Assembly: GCA_964016885.1 (NCBI GenBank)
Contig: OZ024744.1
Span: 84,258,001 to 84,322,000 of the forward strand
Length of the DNA: 64,000 bases
Source: Eledone cirrhosa
Taxonomy: Eukaryota
Direction: 5' to 3'
The position numbers and the translations under genes were made by a program. Below, one piece after another: positions 57,745 to 64,000 of the stretch. Under the pieces are notes generated by a model. That model was not told where the DNA came from and did not search any database. It worked only from the letters and a program-made list of their open reading frames with translations. How positions within the stretch are numbered: the stretch's first letter is position 1; the number at the start of each line of letters is the position of its first letter.

Positions 57745-60190
57745 TAACTAATGTAATGGTACGCGATGGGGCCCACCCACAGCCCCGGCGGACAGAATGG
57801 AGAAGGTGTTTCCCCGGAGGACGGCAAGGGAGACGCGCTGGAAAAGCCACTCCAACTCGCGGGGCTCACACCTACGGCTGGCCAGCTCAGCGCCTATGCT
57901 GGTGTGTAAGCAGGTAGCCCTGGGGCCGAGGACACCAGAACTTTCCACTGCCAGGGGAACGACGGCAAACGTGTCGGAGGGCGACCGGTATTTGAGGAGT
58001 TTGGTCCCCTCAGCCCGACGTGCAGAAGAACCTGGGTCAGTCGCAGACTACACCAGGTTGTGGCTGCAGAAAGTGTCGGTGCAAGTGGCATCCCAGACGA
58101 GGGGTTTTCCACCGCGGAACGGGAAGATGGTCATGCCATCTGGCCTTTTGCCGTCCCCTCGATCCAGCCCCACCGGCTCGAGCTGGAAAGGGAAGCCTGC
58201 AGCGTCCAAGCCATGCTTAATGACCTCATCGAGGGCAGTATGGCGTGGAATGCGGCCGGCACTGTGGCCACAGGAAAGCGGGTGGAAGCCGAAAAAGTCC
58301 ACGGTGGAACCGCAGCGACATTGCTGTGGCTGGCAGATCCGGAGGCCGAGCCTCAGGGAAACGCCGATTCGCAGGCTATGGTTGTCTAGGTGCGTGCCAG
58401 TGGAGAAGGAGGGCAGAGCATGGAGCCAGGCACCACTGTGGGGTTTGGAGGCCGCACGAAAACAAGCAAGGCTGTGCTGGTCGAGCTGGCGCGTGAGCCT
58501 GTCTGAGGCCAGGCTGCACAGGATGGCATCCCAACTGCGTTGGGGGGGTGACTTGACGTCAACAGGGGGAGAAGGAGGAGGGACGTCTACCTGGCTGAAC
58601 CCACCCTGTCCCACGTCTCACAGGCGGCCTCACGTTCTCTGAACACAGGGGGTTCTGTTGTGTTTTGAAGAACCCTGCTGACGAGGACGCGGCACGAGGT
58701 TACCGACGAAAGCTACGCCGGCAAAGCTCGTGAGATCGGGGACCGGAGGCCTAGGCCGCCATACCTGACCGGTAAAGTGGCCTGTTGCCACCCTATGTCG
58801 TCAAACTTGACGTTGCATATCCCCTCGGTTGCTGCTCGGATGCAAGTATCGAGGTCAGCGAGGAGAGATGTCTGGGTGTAGCATGGAGCGCGGCGTAGTG
58901 TATAGAGGAGCTTCGGCATGGCTAAGCAGTTCCTCAGCAGAAAGAGAGCTAGGTGGCCGTCAATCAAGCCCAGTCGGCTCGTGAGAGTCTGGAGCTGTTG
59001 AAGCCTGGACCTGATGGTGGAGCGGGATTGCCGGCGGGTGGATCGGTGCAGATCACCTTGGCAGCCAGCCTCCGGAAGACATTGCCCACAGCAATGGGGC
59101 GTATGACACCCTCTTTCTTCCTGAGAGCAGTGAGGCTGGCCGAAAAAAAGAGGCCTCGGGCGTAAGGACCGCCACAATTGCACTCAGGAGGCGGCGCCCG
59201 GCCTCAGCGGAGAGGGGGTTGTCACCTCCTTGAGGTGGCCTGGTCGGAGTCCATCAACACCACCGCAGCTGCTAGCTGGGAAGGACCTGATGGCGGACAT
59301 GATATCTGCATCAGTAGCCACAAGGAGTAGGTGGGGGTCGGGTGGGGGTATGGGTCCGAGATCAGTGGGTGGCTCAGGGTGTTTGAGCCGCAGAGCAGCC
59401 AGGATCTCCTCGGTGGGTTGGAGGACAGTGTCCTTTGAGGCAACAACTCTGACTGCGGCCGAGACATCACCCATGATAAGCTTTGCGTTTTCCTGGTCAC
59501 GCAAACGCTTGGCGCTGTCCACCGAGGTAGAGGATAGGGGGTACCTGAGAGTGAGGTGTGTGGCGTCCCTGGGCACGCTTGGAATGGGTGCTCGCTCAAA
59601 TGACGAGACATTAGCCTTGACGAAGGCTGCTGCTGACCGGCCGCCCCGGTCAGCGCCAGAGTTGGGGAGCCGAGGGCGAGTGGGGCGAAATAGAACAGCC
59701 GCTCCCAGTCACTGTCTCGATTGGAGTCCAGGGCGCTCTCAATCGAGGAAGCAAGGGCATCGGCCACCGGCACCCGTGCCGCTCTCGGAATCCTGAATAG
59801 GATCTTCCGGAGCCGCCTGAGCCGAGCGATGTTGACCAGCGAGGCTCGGGCGTCAGGCAAGCTCGTTGTCCCATCTGGTGGTGTGCCAGACGGCCGTGGC
59901 TGGGAAGACGTGTGGAAGAGGCAGCTCCTGCACCCTCCACGCTGCGAGGGCATTGGAAGCTCGACGAGTCAAGCCAACGCAGGTGAGGTGGTGGAAGCAG
60001 CCGCACCCCAAACAGTTCCGGCCGCTCTTCCGTTTGTTAGTAGTGCCGCAAGTGCTGCAGGTGTCGATTTGGAGGGGTGGGGGATGGGGCGTGGTGCCGG
60101 GGACTGGGGCACCGAGCGGCATCAGGGGTGGGTGGCTGGTGTGTGTTGTTGGAAGGGAAAGTGCTGGTAAGAGGGCAGCATAGCTCACCT
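57745..60190 (-). mobile_element. CRE-like non-LTR retrotransposon (PHD-like finger, partial RT, RLE endonuclease)
   Basis: CSTC..CLGCGCFHHLTC finger; GGVDGLRPGHL, RPIAVGNVFRRL, QATLPVRYGGLGL; SGAWL, CRC..HPLSC, RHTAL, KRPDG, WDAT, RGN. The RT core is deleted. Confidence 0.85.
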
Positions 60191-60644
60191 ATATATATAT
60201 GGAAGTGCCAGAAAACGAGAGCGAAAAGGGGCTGCATGGAGGGGGAGACACAGGAAGGTAAAATGGCAGTAAATGAATGAGTGAATGGATGGATGTACAC
60301 AAAAAAAAAAAGGTGGGGGAGAACAAGCGGTTGTTCCCAGCGGAAAGGCCCAGAGTTCAGCACGCACACATGCGAGCAACTGAGCAGTTTGTCAAAGACG
60401 ATATTCTCAGTGGAGGCGCTTACAATATTTGAATATAACTGAACCGTCGTGTCATTTAATTTGAAAAGTGGAGCAAAGTAAAAGGAAAATATTGAATTTG
60501 GAGTGTCAATCCCTTGTGATTTTTTTTCTTTTTTTTCTCCTTTTTCTTTTTCCTTCAAAAGGATGGAGGCGTTTTATCTCCTCATGAAACTGACATTACT
60601 TAATGATGTTCGTCATCTATGGCTTATTCATATGTATTATTTCA

Positions 60645-61190
60645 CGGTGAATTGGCAGCATCGGTGGAGGGTTGGATTATGCTTTCCAGCATAGTTACGT
60701 CCCTTTACGATCTGAGTTCAATTCCCGCCGAGGTTAACTTTGCCTTTCATCCTTACGGGGTCGATAAAATAAAGTACCAGTAATGTACTGGGATAATTGC
60801 TGGCCTTGTGACAAAAAGTAGAAACAATTATTTCATAACTCTATAACAAGGGCGGTGGATTGACAGTATCGGTAGAGGGTCGGACGCCATGCTTTCCAGC
60901 ATAGTTACGTCCCTTTACGATCTGAGTTCAAATCCCACCGAGGTTGACTTTGCCTTTCATCCTTACGGGGATCGATAAAATAAAGTAACACTAATGCACT
61001 GGGTAATTGTTGGCCTTGTGCCTAAAGTAGAAACAATTATTTCATAACTCTATGATCTGAGTTCAAATCCTGCCGAGGTTAACTTTGCCTTTCATCCTTA
61101 CGGGGTCGATAAAATAAAGTACCAGTAATGTACTGGATAATTGCTGGCCTTGTGCCTAAAATAGAAACAATTAGTTCATAACTCTATAGA
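60645..61190 (+). mobile_element. Three tandem Deu/Nin-like SINE copies
   Basis: Units ~60645-60845, 60849-61052 and 61053-61187, each ending in TTTCATAACTCTAT-like sequence. Confidence 0.85.
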
Positions 61191-61602
61191 ATTATTAGAA
61201 TGTTTGTGCAGTGTTCTGTGTCCAGCCAGATTTGTACAACAGGTAAGAAAAATGATGATTCGGTGACGGTTTCTTCTGATAGGAGCCTCTTCCACGTCGG
61301 AAGATCGAAGTGTGTTTTCTTGTCTTCTTCAATACTTTCATAAACGGCTTCGGAGATTTAAAACTTATGTTTCAATTGGTGCCTCCATTTCCACACGGTT
61401 CTATTGTCTTATTTACAAAAATATATATTTCTATATATTTCTTTATTTATTTCTCTTCTTTTAGTATAATATACAAAATCTAATTTCGTTATTCCGTTTC
61501 TTCAATTGTCCTTGTATTTGCTTCCTTGCGCTAAATTATAATGCGCTGAATTGCCGGCGCTGAATTGTCGGTGCTGAATTGTCCTGCGCGGAATTGTTGG
61601 TG

Positions 61603-61661
<59 letters not shown>

Positions 61662-61664
<3 letters not shown>

Positions 61665-64000
61665 TTATATGTCCTCAGTCCTCTCAATCTCGTCCACCAT
61701 ATAACCCCTTTCACCATAGCCCCTATACAGAGGAAAACCGCCTCTCTTTCGTTTTTTAAAGAAGTTGGCGGTTTGATCCTTACTATGGACTCGGCAGTCA
61801 ATTGGATTTGTCCCATACGCGACAGCAGTTGTTCTGCGTAGTTCCACAGGTCGGTTACGCTCGGGCAGTGTACAATTGTGTGCAAGACAGTTTCAATGTC
61901 CTGCGCACATCTTGGACACGTCATCTTGGAAGGATCCCTGCCGGGGCGTCTGTACCTGTAGATCTTGTTTCGAAATGGTAGAACTCTGCGTTAGCACTGC
62001 CAGGCCAGGATCCTCTGGAAGTTATCCATAGGTTCCGGGCGGAATGTCCTACCAAACAGACTGGTGAGCTCGTCGTCCTCGACGCCCAGAGTCTCTCCGA
62101 GCACGTCGTCGCCCTTTTGACGTACTAACCATCTATAGAATGTCGAAGTGGAGTTTCCACTGATTGCTGTGCCCACTTGACAGAGGAGGGTGAGCGCCTG
62201 AGCGCATTCAAAAATGCCAGGCGCCCATTGTTTTTCGGTCTGCGCTTACCCAGCGAGACAAGTTGCGGGAAGGCCTGTCTCACAAACGGTGTCAACACCG
62301 GTTGGTGGTTGGTGAGGAATACCTGTAGATGCCGTAGCCTCATGCCATGTTTTCGCATCATCAGCCACGGCATTCCCAGCCCTCCATTGGAAGGGTGCTG
62401 ACAGCAGACGGATCTCTTCACCAGCGGAGCCTTCTTCTTCCAAAGTAACTGGAAGAGCATGCGTTCCATCTTGGTGAGGTGTTCATGAGGACAAGGCACG
62501 ACGGTCAAGCGGTAGTAGATGACGGACGCTATGAAAGTGTTCGCTACCTCCGCTCGACCTTTCAACGATAGTTTGTACTCTGCCCACTTCTGGGTGAGCG
62601 CAAATACCTTGGCCGTGACCTTGTTCCAGTTTTTCTCCACCTGGAGGTCTGGACCGAACCAGACCCCGAGCAATTTCACCGGTCCGTCCGTCCAGCGTGC
62701 AACGATGCTGTCGGACGTCATCGTTTTGCCTCTCCACGTACTGAGTTGCAAACTGACATACTTTTCCGGGTTTAGTTTTGCTCCCGTCAGCGTTTCGTTT
62801 TCTTTCAGTAAGTTGCCGATCACCCCGATTTCCGAGGTGCTCGACACCATTACCGTCACGTTGTCGGCATAAGCCGACGCTGCTTAGCGCAGTCCCGGTT
62901 CTATAGGGATGCCCTGCAACAACTCCAATTTCCGCAGTAGTGGCTCTAGAGTCAATACATACAGAATGGAGGAGAGAGGGCACCACTGTCGAATGGAACG
63001 CGTGGTTGCGAACGGCTCCGATAGGTAGCCGTTCACCTTGACCCTCGAACAGATGCTGGTGTGCATCGCCTCGATCCAGCCTCTGGAAACCGGCCGCCTT
63101 GAGTACCGCTTCTAAGTATCGATGGTCGACTCTATCAAATGCCTTAGACATATCCAAATTGATCAGAGCCCCACCGAAGCCGGGTTTACTACCCACTCTC
63201 TCTCTATGATGTATCGCATGAGGTGGAGGTTGTCGTGTATGGCCCTGGTCGGGATTGCACACGTTTGCGCTTTCCCTACCATGTTCTCGACGACAAGCCC
63301 CAACCTTGTTGCTAACACCTTGGCCAAAATCTTTAACTCTGTGTTGAGCAGATCTATGGGCTTGAAGTTGTTAATTTCGTCCCCCTTGCTCTCGTCTTTC
63401 CTGATCAGCGTTACTACGCCCTTGCCTGCAGAACTGGGAAGTCTCCCGTTATACTGCCAATTTCAGTAGACGGCTTCGAGCACGCCAGAGAACAAGTTCG
63501 GCATGCCTATGTAAAACTCATAGGGTAGACCATCTAGACCGGGTGACTTGCGTTTCCCGCAGCGGCCCAGAGCGTCCCGTATCTCAGTGTCCGTGATCGG
63601 TCTTTCGCAGAACTCGGCGTCCGTGTTCGAGAGACGCGGCAGGCCGTCGAGGTATGAACTAAAGTACATTGCCCCGTTCGGTTCACCGCCGTCCTACTCA
63701 AACATTCGCGCAAGGTGCTGCTGAAAGGCCGCGCACATTTGCTTGGGGTCAAGTAGCACGCCTCTGTTTGGGTCTTTCAAAGACCGAATCGTGGACATGT
63801 TGCCACTTTTTTCCTCCGCCACTCGGGCCCAGCTAACAGCTTTCGCTCCTTCGTTTCCTAGAGCATGTGTTTTGCTTCTTACCACGCAGCCTCCGTGTTT
63901 CGCATCGAAGAACTGGTCCAGTGCCGTTCTCGATGGCTACTTTGGCTACTAGTTCTCTTTTTATTTTGTATTTCTCTAAGGCTAACTCTCTGCTAAACCC
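61662..64000 (-). mobile_element. L1/Tx1-clade LINE ORF2 remnant, runs off the window
   Basis: [69 protein letters not shown] and C-terminal CPRC..ETVLHTIVHCP. Frameshifted. Confidence 0.9.

Larger units (their letters stand above)
55674..61606 (+). mobile_element. Mutator-like (MULE) DNA transposon with nested insertions
   Basis: Left end GACAAACCGACAATTCCGCGCAGG matches the inverted right end (CCTGCGCGGAATTGTTGGTGTGCC). Both ends carry the same subterminal repeat, and a transposase lies inside. Confidence 0.8.

Noticed and set aside
57797-58642. 281-aa plus-strand ORF (also 53138-53803 and 21170-21718)
   Set aside because: These are antisense shadows of retroelement coding sequence.

Overview
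AT-rich, repeat-saturated eukaryotic (animal) DNA. A mollusc/cephalopod source is inferred from the SINE types and (TA)n density but is not proven. No host protein-coding gene is recognisable. The window is a mosaic of decayed transposons inserted largely in (TA)n microsatellites: two head-to-tail Helitrons, a Gypsy integrase/LTR remnant, CR1-like LINEs, an RTE-like fragment, at least six Penelope-like (PLE; RT and/or GIY-YIG) fragments, a MULE with a nested CRE-like retroelement, an L1/Tx1 LINE and tRNA-derived SINEs. The main result of manual reading is about 30 type-I hammerhead ribozyme (HHR) motifs. They lie in PLE terminal repeats, in fold-back elements, and in non-coding tandem repeats with 429, 612, 615, 651, 663 and 687 bp units (retrozyme-like). 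Three of these repeat families share a non-canonical U3 core (UUGANGA) with a 78-79 nt stem II domain, a long stem III and compensatory stem I changes. Another family has a CUGA-NN-GA core. All structures were paired by eye, with no folding software or database search, and activity is untested.
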